Of a stretch of DNA of 64,000 bases, positions 1 to 12,594 are shown piece after piece. This stretch comes from Squalus acanthias (lineage: Eukaryota). Position 1 is the stretch's first letter, and every line of letters starts with the position of its first letter. Location of the stretch: assembly GCA_030390025.1 (NCBI GenBank), contig CM059432.1, positions 106,456,001-106,520,000 on the forward strand, read 5' to 3'. The position numbers and the translations under genes are program-made. The notes under the pieces were generated by a model. It had not been told where the DNA came from. It worked only from the letters and a program-made list of their open reading frames with translations, and searched no databases.

Positions 1-164
1 TTGAATTGATTTAATTTTTGGTTACACTTATGTTGTATTTGAATTGTAGACTTTATATTGCTATCAAATCCATAACATTGAAATAATAAATGTGTGAACT
101 CAGGCAATGATTGTCAGCAGGCTGTTTAACTGGGGACCATCAGCGTTGACCTTGATAAATTTTC

Positions 165-592
165 ACCTTTACAACCTTCTGGACTCAACATTGAGTTCAA
201 CAATTACAGATCATAATCACAGCACCCATTTTTTTCAGACAGCAGGTGCTGGTAATGGTTCTGCTGTTGCCTTGTACAGCTTCTCTAGACCCATCTTTTG
301 TTTCTTTACTTATCCCATTACCACCGCCTTTTGCCTTGCACCATCATACCTTTTGTCATTTAATCACTCCTGCCTTCCACCCTATCACAGACCTTCCCTC
401 TGTACTTTCCTCCCCTCCCCCCTCTCCCTGCCTCTTGCTTAAAAACTGTTACATCTCTAAATTCCGACAAAAAGTCATCGACCTGAAACGTTAACTCTGT
501 TTCTCTCTCCACAGATGCTGTTTGACCTGCTGAGTATTTCCAGCATTTTCTGTTTTTATTTCAGATTTCCAGCATCCGCAGTATTTTGCTTT
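165..592 (+). mobile_element. Penelope-like element 3' fragment (ORF end plus terminal repeat, degenerate hammerhead core)
   Basis: ctggactcaacattgagttcaac (GLNIEFN) and the gacctgaaacgttaactctgtttctctctcc terminal repeat match 47450-47890; ribozyme core reads CCGACAA instead of CTGACGA. Confidence 0.8.
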
Positions 593-3141
593 TGATTTAT
601 CCGACTTGTGCACTTTCCAGCAGGAGTTGCTGGATTGCAGCGAGAAGTATGATTGACTTTGCCCTCCATAATCTGGGGGCAGTATTACTAATCGTAGCAT
701 TGAGGTCAGCCAACTTGTCACAAAGCAGTAGTTAAAGCTGAGGATAGTTTGGAATATATCTTTACTTTTAACATCTACTCGTTGACCTCCTGTGGTGTAT
801 TTGATAAGTTGAAGAATAAGGTGTCTCTCTCATGTGCCTCAGCTGTCTGTGTGCTGTTTATCTGTCTCTCCTCTGGTTCTCATTATCTTCTGCTTCTCTT
901 CCCCTCAACACTTTTTGCTTTCCTCTGTCTTTTGTATTTCTTCTTTCCTTTCAGGTAGTGGATGGTATGGAATAATGTGGTGGGAAAAGGAGCCACCAGT
1001 AGCTGCAGGCTGCATATGGGACGGGGACTGTGGGGAAAATGTGTGGTCCTCAGCAGCGCTCTTCTCCTTTACTAGTGCGTGGCCCCCACCCCTTCACCTT
1101 CCCACACCCTCACTCCCGTCTCGACGCCACTCTCTTGCCTTTTCAACTATCCATTTAACTGCCTTATCCTTTGCTCCCCTTGCTCCATTGTCACTCGCCA
1201 CATCCTTAACTCTCCATCCACTTCCCCCACTCTCTGCCTCCAGGACAGATGGCAAGAGACCAGAGGCCCCTTCACCGCGAACCAGTTTTCCTCCCTCTCT
1301 TACCCTATCTGTTTTCCTCAGCAGCTTTGTTTGCTTACAAAATTCAACTTTAAAAAAAAATCAAATCTGAATGAGAAAAGAGACTGCCTGTCTTTATCAT
1401 TCTCTCTCTCTCTCTCTCCTGGGTGTTAGAATCTCTGTTTCACAGGTGTAAGCCATTAGCATTAACCTTTTCTAATCATCACCAGGACAAGGGGAGGTAA
1501 TTAACTGACTTAAAAATTCAACGAATTAAAAAAAAAATATATTTATTACCTGCGTACAGAAACACTGAATTTTACCTCAGTAAAAACTTTAAACCTTTTT
1601 CCTATTCCTCGGTATAGCTGATTGGTGCTGATGCATTGTGGAAAATTAAATGCACTGCACGTGCTCAGACTGCACAGTGACATTCAGCTCACCGCTCCAG
1701 GCAAAACATCAACTCAAAGCCTAGGCTTTTGGGAGAGGCTGAGCACTAATTAGAAGACACAAGACAATTACACATACATTTAATCATGTTATTGTGAAAT
1801 ATGTAATTTTACATTTTCGTTTTGGTTAAACCCTTATTTTGGATACTAGACATTTTAGTTACTGAGTGGAAAAAATGGTAGAGATATAAAAAAAATTCAC
1901 ACAGCATTTTCAGAGAATCGTGGGATCCCAGCTGCCAGATTGTGTAATCCGTGACTAATTTTCTATTATAAATATGGATGTAGGGATTTATAATGGAAAA
2001 ATTGTGACCAAGTGTGACTGCAGACATGAGATTTTTATTGTATTATAGATTGTGCAATATTATGAGAAACACGGTTGTCTATTCCCCTCAAATTGCTGAG
2101 TTTAGCTGCAACACTGACGTAACTGATCAGATGTTGACATGGTTGCTGTTTTTTATTATCCTGACGAATACAAAGTTTACAATTAGTGAAATTAAAGCGT
2201 TCATTCTCTGTTCAGTGTTGATAGTTTTACAGGTTTTGCAAAGTGAATCAGGCTGTCATTAATATTCAGTTGGTATACTCGAGAAAGGAGGAATTTATTT
2301 TGCTTCCAGGGGAATTAATTTATAAGCTTGATACAGATTGGACTTTTGAAACTGTCAAAAGTCTCTTGCAACTATTACATGTCCCAGTCTGCCAACAAGC
2401 TTGAAAATATTTAGTTACTTCTTCAGTGTTTTATAAACTAAATTAAAGATTTTTATGTTACCAGAACGATGTGTGAAATTTGTGGCTATCATATGCTACA
2501 CGAATGTTTAATGTATAATCTGTGTTTATGGGAGGATTAAAGGTACAGAGGCCAAGTGTTGATATTTTATATAAATGCTCTGATTACCTTCCACTTCTGC
2601 ATGGCTCAATCTCCGAAACCAACCATACAGTTCTGGCAAATGCAACGTACCCTCTGGACGCCACTCTGAGGTGGATTGGATTTTGCTTTCTGTTTTCACA
2701 AAGTTTAAAAAAGTCTTTTTATTTAAATCCTCAAATATGGTCACTGCAGTGGAATGAAAGGCTGCTTCAATTCCAGAGTGTAGCACTGTTGCTGTGAAGT
2801 TTTCCTATCAAAACTATTTTTAAGCAGCATTTGCGCTTGCTTAATATAATGCATTCTCTTAAATTTTCTCTCAACATTAATCTTTATTGAATTAAGCAGT
2901 CATGCTGGCTTTATTGGTGAAATGAGTTTTAAATTTAACACTTAATCTTGCAATGGCAATTTTCAAGAGGACAGTTTGTGGCTTGGGGTGAGGGAGCAGT
3001 TCAAACATTATGGTGAGTGAATACATTTGTCCATTAAATGTATGGCATGTATGATAGGTTTACTAGCTAAATGTATGACATTAAACAGGCTATAAAGTTC
3101 AGCAGATTTATAAAAACATAGCGATGTAGGATAGAAACATT

Positions 3142-6100
3142 GGGCAGAATTTTCCGGGGTGGGTGGGGGGGGGGGGGGGCAGTGGGCACGATCGGGGGCG
3201 GGTGGGAAAATGTGTTTTTTTAACAGCGGGTTGGGTCCCGCTGTCAACCTGCCGCCACGCGCCTTTCCCAAATGTCGGGTCTGTTGGCACGCAGCGGGGG
3301 TGGGGAAGCCAATTGAAATCATTAGTGGCTTATTTACAGCCACTTAACAATGCTTTTTTCCCAGCTTTTTGATTTTGACAGGTCGCCCACCGATTTCCCG
3401 CTGTGCCTAGACATCGTCTGTGAAGCTGAGGCGGGAGGTCAGTGGCCATTGTTCCAACTGATGAGTTGACAGCTTCGAATGTCAAGTCAAAGCTCTCAGC
3501 TGAATCAGATATCTTCCCTTAGCCACTAGCATCTCTAAACTGCATTTTCACTACAGATTCAGGATGCTGGAAGTCTTGCAAAAGTCTCCATCCAGTCTGA
3601 CCTCATTACCTCTCCCACCATTGACAGATCATTTCTGTCATCTCTACTTCACCTGCCATCTATTCCATCAGCATAGGTGCACTTTATACTCTCTCACCTC
3701 GGTCCTCAGAATCCCACCACGATCAGCCCCAACCCCAGCAGCACCAACAACAACACCAACCTTCTCCGCAATCAACTGATGCTGCACAGGACACAGGGTA
3801 TCAGCACCCTACCACATTGCTGCCAGGGATGGCCTCACCATGGCCAGATTTACTTCACTTGACGCTGTACACCCCGGCTGCCACATGATGTGCCAGATTG
3901 GCACCACCCCACACCAACACCATAAAGCATCCTTACAATGCCCAAGCCATTCCTTTCACACTCATCACCATTGCAGGGGGTACTGTTATGTCTCACCATT
4001 CACTGCAACTCACTAAGCCACTTCCAAAGATGCACACAAATGTATCCAAGACCAGAAAGTGTTGAAAATAAAGATTTCAATGTTTGACAGCACATTAACA
4101 GAAACTTTACATGAACATTGGATAAAACACCCAAGTGGCTACTCTGTGTGTTAAGAACATAAGAAATAGGAGCAGGAGTAGACCAATCGGCCCCTCGAGC
4201 CTGCTCCGCCATTCAATGAGATCATGGCTGATCTGATCCAACCTCAACTCTAAAGAACACAAGAAGTAGGAGCAGGACCAGGCCACTCGGCCCCTGGGCC
4301 CGCTCCGCCACCCACAGGGCCTTGACCGATCCGAACTCAAACTCATGTCCAATTTCCAGCCCGCTCCCTGTAACCCCTGATTCCCTTTACTTCTAGGAAA
4401 CGGTCTATTTCTGTTTTAAATTTATTTAATGAAGTAGCTTCCACAGCTTCCTGGGGTAGCAAATTCCACAGACCCACTACCCTCTGAGTGAAAAAGTTTC
4501 TCCTCATCTCAGTTTTGAAAGAGGAGCCCCTTATTCTAAGATTATGTCCCCTAGTTCTAGTTTCACACATCATTGGGAACATCCTCACCGCGTCCACCCG
4601 ATCAAGCCCCTTCACAATCTTATATGTTTCAATAAGATCGCCTCTCATTCTTCTGAACTCCAATGAGTAGAGTCCCAATCTACTCAACCTCTCCTCGTAT
4701 GTCCACCCCCTCATCCCCGGAATTAACCGAGTGAACCTTCTTTGTACTGCCTCGAGAGCAAGTATGTCTTTTCTTAAGTATGGACACCAAAACTGTATGC
4801 AGTACTCCAGGTGTGGTCTCACCAATACCCTAAACAACTGCAGCAATACCTCCCTGTTTTTATATTCTATCCCCCTAGCAATAAAAGCCAACATTCCATT
4901 GGCTTTCTTGATCACCTGCTGCACCTGCATACTAACTTTTTGATTTTCTTGCACCAAGACCTCCAGATCCCTTTGTACTGCAGTACTTTCCAGTTTCTCG
5001 CCATTAAGATAATAACTTGCTCTCTGATTTTTTTCCTGCCAAAGTGCATAACCTCACATTTTCCAATATTGTATTGCATCTGCCAAATCTCTGCCCACTC
5101 ACCCAGCCTGTCTATATCCCCTTGTAGGTTTTTTATGTCCTCCTCACTCTCTACTTTCCCTCCCATCTTTGTATCATCTGCAAACTTTGATATGTTACAC
5201 TCGGTCCCCTCCTCCAAATCGTTAATATAGATTGTAAAGAGTTGGGGACCCAGCACCGACCCCTGCGGAACACCACTGGCTACTGGTTGCCAGTCCGAGA
5301 ATGAACCATTTATCCCAACTCTCTGCTTCCTGTTAGATAACCAATCCTCCACCCATGCCAGAATATTACCCCCAATCCAGTGATTTTTTTATCTTGAGTA
5401 ATAATCTTTTATGTGGCACCTTGTCGAATGCCTTCTGGAAGTCTAAATACACTACATCCACTGGTTCCCCTTTATCCACCCTGTACGTTATGTCCTCAAA
5501 GAACTCGAGCAAATTTGTCAGACATGACTTCCCCTTCATAAAGCCATGCTGACTTTGTCCTATTAAATTATGTTTATCTAAATGTTCCGTTACTGTCTCC
5601 TTAATAATAGACTCCAAAATTTTACCCACCACAGATGTTAGGCTAACTGGTCTATAATTTCCAGCCTTCTGCCTACAACCCTTTTTAAATAAGGGTGTTA
5701 CATTAGCAGTTTTCCAATCTGCCGGGACCTTTGCTGAGTTCAGGGAGTTTTGGAAAATTATTACCAAAGCATCCACAATTCCTACTGCCACTTCCCTCAA
5801 GACCCTAGGATGTAAGCCATCAGGTCCAGGGGATTTATCCGCCTTGAGTCCCATTATTTTACTGAGTACCAATTCCTTAGTAATTTTAATCGTATTTAGC
5901 TCCTCCCCCACTAGAGCCCCCTGTTTGTCCAGTGTTGGGATATTCTTAGTGTCCTCTACCGTAAAGACTGAAACAAAATATTTGTTCAGCATTTTTGCCA
6001 TCTCCATGTTTCCCACCATTAATTTCCCGGTCTCATCCTCTAAGGGACCTACGTTTGCCTTAACCACCCTTTTTCTTTTTGTATAACTATAGAAACTCTT

Positions 6101-6822
6101 GCTATCTGTTTTTATATTTTTTGCTAATTTATTTTCATAGTCTATTTTAGTTGGTATGATTGCACTAGGATGAGGGTGAGTGTGAGGGGTGGCAAGTGAG
6201 ATGGGGAAGTGATAATATAGATAGAGGGATGGGTGGAGGTGCAAGCTAAGTTGGTGTGAGTAGGGAAGGCAGAGTGATGGGGATGCGATGAGTGGCACAG
6301 CAGGATGGGGCATGGCAGTAACGTTTTGTGATTTACTGAGATCATTGAAAGGTTTGCGCCACTGCAGCCTGGTCCTCCTGACGACATCCCTGCTTGTGTC
6401 CTCCTGTGCACAATGTGCAACCAGGCTGTGTTGGTCTCCTGGGGAGGTCTCTTCCCATTAGAAGGGAAGAGAACCTCCCTGCGTGCTGTGACTCGAGTCA
6501 TGGGAGAGCCTGAGTTCAGCCGTGCACCTTTGTGCAGTGCTTGTCAATGTTTGCAGCACCTCAATGCTGTAGAACACTGACGGCACAAATGTCAAAATTA
6601 ATTTGTGCATGGTCCCCTTTAAAGAAACCAGCTGATGACGCATCATCAAATGACATCATCAGACCCGCTTCCTTCAGTTGGCCGGCAAACGCACTGGGCG
6701 GGCTTAACAAGCCCAATCCGAGGAAAATCATTCCACACAGCAGGCTGGAGCCGGCAGCGAGGCCGGGACCCACCACCGATGTCGCCCGCCACACACCCGC
6801 CAAGGGTGGTAAAATCCAGCCC
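3142..6822 (-). mobile_element. Non-autonomous PIF/Harbinger-like DNA transposon with Myb/SANT remnant, interrupted by a CR1 LINE
   Basis: Ends GGGCAGAATTTT and AAAATCCAGCCC; 3-bp TSD ATT (3139-3141, 6823-6825); colinear with 55168-56950; minus-strand remnant ARREVLFPSNGKRPPQETNTAWL at about 6320-6535. Confidence 0.8.
4154..6146 (-). mobile_element. CR1/HER1-type LINE, 5'-truncated (RT region)
   Basis: Minus-strand frames with [41 protein letters not shown]; ...CCTATTTCTTATGTTCTT tail at 4154; frameshifted. Confidence 0.93.
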
Positions 6823-7127
6823 ATTATAGTGAAAGCAGTTATAGAAACTAAACCAAAAAGATGGCTGAGGAAAATGTACTTTAGAAACATCAGAAAATTT
6901 GCATTTTGCTTTCTTTAGCTGTTATTGTAATGTATTATACCCTAGGTATAATGCACTTACGAGATTGGATTGGCTCCAAAATAAGACCTGGGTTCCAATT
7001 TAACTACAAACTCACCTTAAGCTGGGCAAAACTAGAACCGTGCAGATGAAGGTCAATTTTGTTCTGGACCCTCTCTTAGAATGCATTGTGTAGTAATAGT
7101 CTTGAGGCATTCTGTAAAAGAAGAGAA

Positions 7128-7461
7128 GAATTTACATTTATATCGCACATTTCATGACCTCCGGATGTCCCAAAGTGCTTCACAGCCAATGAAGTACATT
7201 TGAAGTGTAGTCACTTGTAATGTGGCAGCAAATTTGCACATAGCCAGTTCTCGCAAACAGCAGTGAGATAATTTACCAGATAATCTGTTTGTGATGTTGG
7301 TTCAGGGGTAAATGTTGGACAGAACACTGGAAGAACTCCTTTGCTCTTCGCAAAGTACCAAAATAATCTTTACATGTACCTGAGAGGGCAGACTTAGTTC
7401 AAAGTTCCATCTGAAAGATGGCACCTCTGACACTACACTGCATGGAACTGTCAGCTTAGAT
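7128..7461 (-). mobile_element. SacSINE1-like Deu-domain SINE, 3' part (head displaced to 12451-12527)
   Basis: Reverse complement contains GAGGTGCCATCTTTCAGATG...CTGCCCTCTCAGGT, resembling the Deu domain as I recall it; tRNA-like head resumes at 12451. Confidence 0.7.
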
Positions 7462-10400
7462 CAGTGGCGGGCAGAATACGGCCCGTGGGCCATATCCAGC
7501 CCATTAAGGCCTGACTTCGAGCTTCGAACATCCGCCACGCCTGACCACACCCCACGGGACATCAGTAGGCGGGTCATTGTCTCTGAGGCAGCAGGGGAGT
7601 CGACTTAGCAACGGGCCTTAGAGACGATAGGCGAAGATACGGATATGGCTGAGCTGGACAGAAAGTGGGACTTGCAGATTGGGCCATGGCCCCGAGTGGG
7701 TGGGGGGAGGGCCTTTAACCGACAGCACCGCGTTCCCTAAACCGGTGGTGAGTGCAGCACCGGGGAGGGCACAGGCCCGATTTTCCCCCACCCTAGCCCA
7801 GGCCTAAGCTCCAGTGATGGGGTGACTAATGGATGATATCTGTTAACCAGGGAACGGTATCGTAGTGGTAATGTCACTGGGCTAGTAATCCAGAGGCCTG
7901 GACTAATGATCCAGAGACGTGAGTTCAAATCACAGCAGCAGGAGAATTTAAATTCAGGTTAATTAAAATAAATCTGGAATAAAAAGCAATGTGCTGCTTC
8001 CGGCATGCTCTTCTATACTCCTTATTGAACCAGGTAGTGGTAGAGTGAGGGATATGCCGGGCCATGAGGTTACAGATTGTGGTGGAACACAATTCTGCTG
8101 CGGCTGATGGCCCACAGCATCATGGATGCGCCTCATGGATGGCCAGTTTTGAGCTGCTAGATCTTTTCTGAATCTATCCCATTTAGCGCGGTGGTAGTGC
8201 CACACAACACGATGGAGGGTGTCCTCAATGTGAAGTAATGGTGACCATGAAACTATCGGATTGTCGTAAAAACCCATCTGGTTCACTAATGCCCTTTAGG
8301 GAAGGAAATCTGCCGTCCTTACCTGTTCTGGCCTGTATGACTCCAGACCCACAGCAATGTGGTTGACTCTTAACTGCCCTCTGAAATGGCCTAGCAAGCC
8401 ACTCAGTTGTAACAAACTGCTACGAAACACAATAAGAATGAAACCGGACGGACCACCCGGCATCGACCTCGGCACCGGCTACGGATACGGCAATGGCACA
8501 CCCAGCCCAATCAACCCTGCAAAGTCCTCCTCACCAACATCTGGGAACTTGTGCCAAAATTGGGAGAGCTGTCCCACAGACTAGTCAAGCAACAGCCTGA
8601 CATAGTCATACTCACAGAATCATACCTTTCAGCCAATGTCCCAAACTCCTCCATCCAATCGGCAGGAGGTGGTGCACAGTGGTATACAGTCAGGAAGGAG
8701 TGGCCCTGGGAGTCCTCAACATTGACTCCGGACCCCATGAAGTCTCATGGCTTCAGGTCAAGCATGGGCAAGGAAACCTCCTGCTGATTACCACCCTCCC
8801 TCAGCTGATGAATTAGTAATCCTCCATGTTGAACACCACTTGGAAGAAGCACTGAGGGTATCAAGGGCACAGAATGTACTCTGGGTGGGGGACTTCAATG
8901 TCCATCACCAAGGTGGCTCGGTAGCACCACTGCTGACCGAGCTGGCCGAGTCCTGAAGGACATAACTGCCAGTCTGGGCCTGCGACAGGTGGTGAGAGAA
9001 CCAACACGAGGTTAAAAACCGACTTGACCTCGTCCTCAGCAATCTACCTGTTGCAGATGCATCTGTCCATGACAGCATTGGTAGCTGTGACCACCGCACA
9101 GTTATTGTGGAGACGAAGTCCCGTCTTCACACTGAGGACACCCTCCGTCGTGTTGTATGGCACTACCACCATGCTAAATGGGATAGATTCTAGCAGCTCA
9201 AAACTGGGCATCCATGAGGCGCTGTGGGCCATCAGCAGCAGCAGAATTGTATTCCACCACAATCTGTAACCTCATGGCCCGGCATATCCCTCACTCTACC
9301 ATTACCATCAAGCCAGGGGACCAACCCTGGTTCAATAAGGAGTGTAGAAGAGCATGCCAGGAGCAGCATCAGGCGTACCTAAAAATGAGGTGCCAACCTG
9401 GGGAAGCTGCAACACAGGACTACATGCATGCAAAACAGTGGAAACAGCGTGCTATAGACGGGGCTAAGCGATCCCACAATCAACGGATCAGATCAAGCTC
9501 TGCAGTCCTGCCACATCCAGTCGTGAATGGTGGTGGACCATTAAACAACTAACTGGAGGAGGAGACTCCATGAATATCCCCATCCTCAATGATGATGAAG
9601 CCCAGCATGTGAGTACAAAAGACAAAGCATTTGCAACCATCTTCAGCCAGAAGTGCCGAGTGGATGATCCATATCGGCCTACTCCCGAGGTCCCCACCAT
9701 CACAGAAGCCAGTCTTCAGCCAATTCGATTCACTCCACGTGCTATCAAACGCCTGAGCACACTGGATACAGCAAAGGCTATGGGCCCTGACAACATCCCG
9801 ACTATCGTGCTGAAGACTTGTGCTCCAGAACTAGCTGCGCCTCTAGCCAAGCTGTTCCAGTACAGCTATAACTCTGGCATCTATCCGAAAATGTGGGAAA
9901 CTGCCCAAGTGTGTCCTGTCCACAAAAAGCAGAACAAATCCAATCCGGCCAATTACCGCCCCATCAGTCTACTCTCAATCATCAGCAAAGTGATGGAAGG
10001 TGTCATCGACAGTGCTATCAAGCGGCACTTACTTACCAATAACCTGCTCACTGATGCCCAGTTTGGGTTCCGCCATGACCACTCGGCTCCCGACCTCATT
10101 ACATCCTTGGTCCAAACATGGACAAAGGAGCTGAATCCCAGAGGTGAGGTGAGTGACTGCCCTTGACATCAAGGCAGCATTTGACCGAGTGTGGCATGAA
10201 GGAGCCCTCGTAAAACTGAAGTCAGTGGGAATTGGGGGGAAAATGCTCCACTGGCTGGATTCATACCTAGCACAGAGGAAGATGGTTGTGGTGATTGAAG
10301 GTCAATCATCACCGCCCCAGGACATTGCTGCAGGAGGTCCTCGGCCCAACCATCTTCAGCTGCTTCATCAATGACCTTCCTTCCAACATAAGGTCAGAAA

Positions 10401-12450
10401 TGGGGATGTTCGCTGATGACTGCACAGTGTTCAGCGCCATTCACAACTCCTCAGATAATGAAGCAGTCCATGCCCGCATGCAACAAGACCTGGACGACAT
10501 TCAGGCTTGGGCTGATAAGTGGCAGGTAACATTCGCGCCACAGAAGTGCCAGGCAATGACTATCTCCAACAAGCGAGAGTCTAACCACCTCCCCATGACA
10601 TTCAACGGCATTACCATCGCCGAATCCCCCACCATCAACATCCTGGGGTCACCATTGACTAGAAACTTAACTGGACCAGCCACATAAATGCTGTGGCAAC
10701 AAGAGCAGGTCAGAGGCGAGGTATTCTGCGGCGAATGTCTCACCTCCTGACTCCCCAAAGCCTTTCCACCATCTACAAGGCACAAGTAAGGAGTGTGATG
10801 GAACACTCTCCACTTGCCTGGATGAGTGCAGCTGCAACAACACTCGAAGCTCGACACCATCCAGGACAAAGCAGCCCGTTTGGCACCTCATCCACCACCT
10901 TAAACATTCACTCCCTCCACCACTGGTGTACTGTGGCTGCAGTGTGTACCATCTACAAGATGCACTGCAGCAACTCGCCAAGGCTTCTTCGGCAGCACCT
11001 CCTAAACCTACGGCCTCTTCTACCTGGAAGTACAAGGGCAGCAGGCGCCCCATCCACCACCTCCAAGTTCCCCTTCAAGTCACACCCCATCCTGACTTAG
11101 AAGTATATCGCCGATCCTTCATCGTCGCTGGGTCAAAATCCTGGAACTCCCTCCCTAACAGCACTGTGGGAGTACCTTCACCACACGGACTGCAGCGGTT
11201 CAAGAAGGCGGCTCACCACCACCTTCTCAAGGGCAATTAGGGATGGGCAATAAATGCTGGCCTTGCCAGCGACGCCCAGATCCCATACGCGAATAAAAAA
11301 TAAGTTATTAACTACCGCCTAACTAATTAATGCAAAACTGATTTGTGTTTATTATTAGCATTTTAATTATCTCATTCATTTATTTAATACTGATTATTTA
11401 TACTAACTGATAATTAGTAAGTTAGTTAACAGATTTATTCATTAACTTAACACGCTCTGCTCATTAGGCAATTGGTGAGCAAGTTAATTGTGCTGATTAC
11501 TGTTTTAATTACACAGCTATTAATAGCTTGCTGAGTTTATTTAACACTAAGTTTTACTGGTGTTCAACTAATTTACTGATTGGACTATTTATTTACTACC
11601 TTAACACACGCCCTGCTCATCAAGCAATTGGTGAGCAATTTAAATTGTGCTTATTAATTTACTAATTCAACGACTGTTCCCTAATTTTGTGACCACATAC
11701 TTTAATGATTTCACGTTTAACAGTTCACCCATATAATAATCAAACACTTACTTTGCCAATTAATCACTAATTGGCTGAGGGTGAAATTTTGCAGGAGGAA
11801 TACTAATCTCTGCTAGGATTTTATAAAGTGACAGTGCAAACATAAATTAAACCCATTCTGGAATATGCTCAGCATTGAGCGCATTCGGGAATCAATGTGG
11901 TTAATGGACGGTAGTCTAATCCGAGCTTTCATCTTGATTACACATCTTGTGTGAAAGGCCAGTTAATGTTAATGACCAGTTTCAGCACCAGCTGCTTGTA
12001 GTCAAGTTTCGAGAGAAGCAAATGGGGTAAATATTTTTTGCTTGCATAGAACGTACAGCACAAACAGGCCATTTGACCCAACTGTTCTATGCTGGCGTTT
12101 ATAAGAACATAAGAAATAGGAGCAGGAGTAGGTCATATGGCCCCTTGGGCCTGCTCCACCATTCAGTATGATCATGGCTGATCACGTCAAGTAAACATTT
12201 TTACAGTTTTAATTATGCCATAATATCAGTGGCTAAAATATGTTTTGGGTAAACCTGTATCATGTTTGTTAGCATGTTAATAAGTGTTATTTTTATTAAG
12301 TGTGGAAACAACATGAAGGGTTCTTTAAAATCTGTTATGGCATTAATTGTACAATGGTAGCTGTTGTTAACACAATTAAATTTGTGTGTGACCCTCAACA
12401 ACTCACCAAAACTTAAGAGGCCCTCGAGCCTAAATAATTGCCCATCCCAA
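7462..12450. mobile_element. hAT (Charlie-like) non-autonomous element carrying nested insertions
   Basis: Left end CAGTGGCGGGCAGAATACGGCCCG; right end GCCCTCGAGCCTAAATAATTGCCCATCCCAA; 8-bp TSD GCTTAGAT/GCCTAGAT; splits a SINE into two halves. Confidence 0.75.
7850..11300 (+). mobile_element. Near full-length degenerate APE-RT LINE (CR1/L2 group in the broad sense) with tRNA-like 5' head
   Basis: APE motifs PDIVILTESYL and WVGDFNVHH; RT motifs MGPDNIP, NYRPISLLS, ALDIKAAFDRV, MFADD; 3' end gggcaataaatgctggccttgccagcgacgccc...aataaaaaa; many frameshifts. Confidence 0.88.
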
Positions 12451-12527
12451 GCCTAGATTATGTGCTCAAGTCTCCCTCGAACCTGCAATTTTTGACTCGG
12501 GTGAGAGTGCTACCACTGAGCCACAGT
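12451..12527 (-). mobile_element. tRNA-like head of the SINE interrupted at 7461
   Basis: Reverse complement begins GTGGCTCAGTGGTAGCACTCTC (A box) and has GGTTCGAG (B box); continues the tcagcttagat junction. Confidence 0.7.
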
Positions 12528-12594
12528 TTACACCCTGTAGCTGACAATGCTTTTTGAAATTTGGAAGCTAGCAGTGGAATAAGTCTGCAATTCA

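Noticed and set aside
460..496. Active hammerhead in the first Penelope fragment
   Set aside because: Core reads CCGACAA instead of CUGACGA and helix II is weakened
749..1429. ORFs 749-958, 834-1370 and 1079-1429, and a pyrimidine tract ending in CAG near 955
   Set aside because: Low-complexity CT-rich translations with no recognisable domain; no convincing donor or frame link to DEPTOR
7856..7935. Functional tRNA gene (also considered at 61110-61184 and 12451-12527)
   Set aside because: No complete cloverleaf; each is the head of a retroelement
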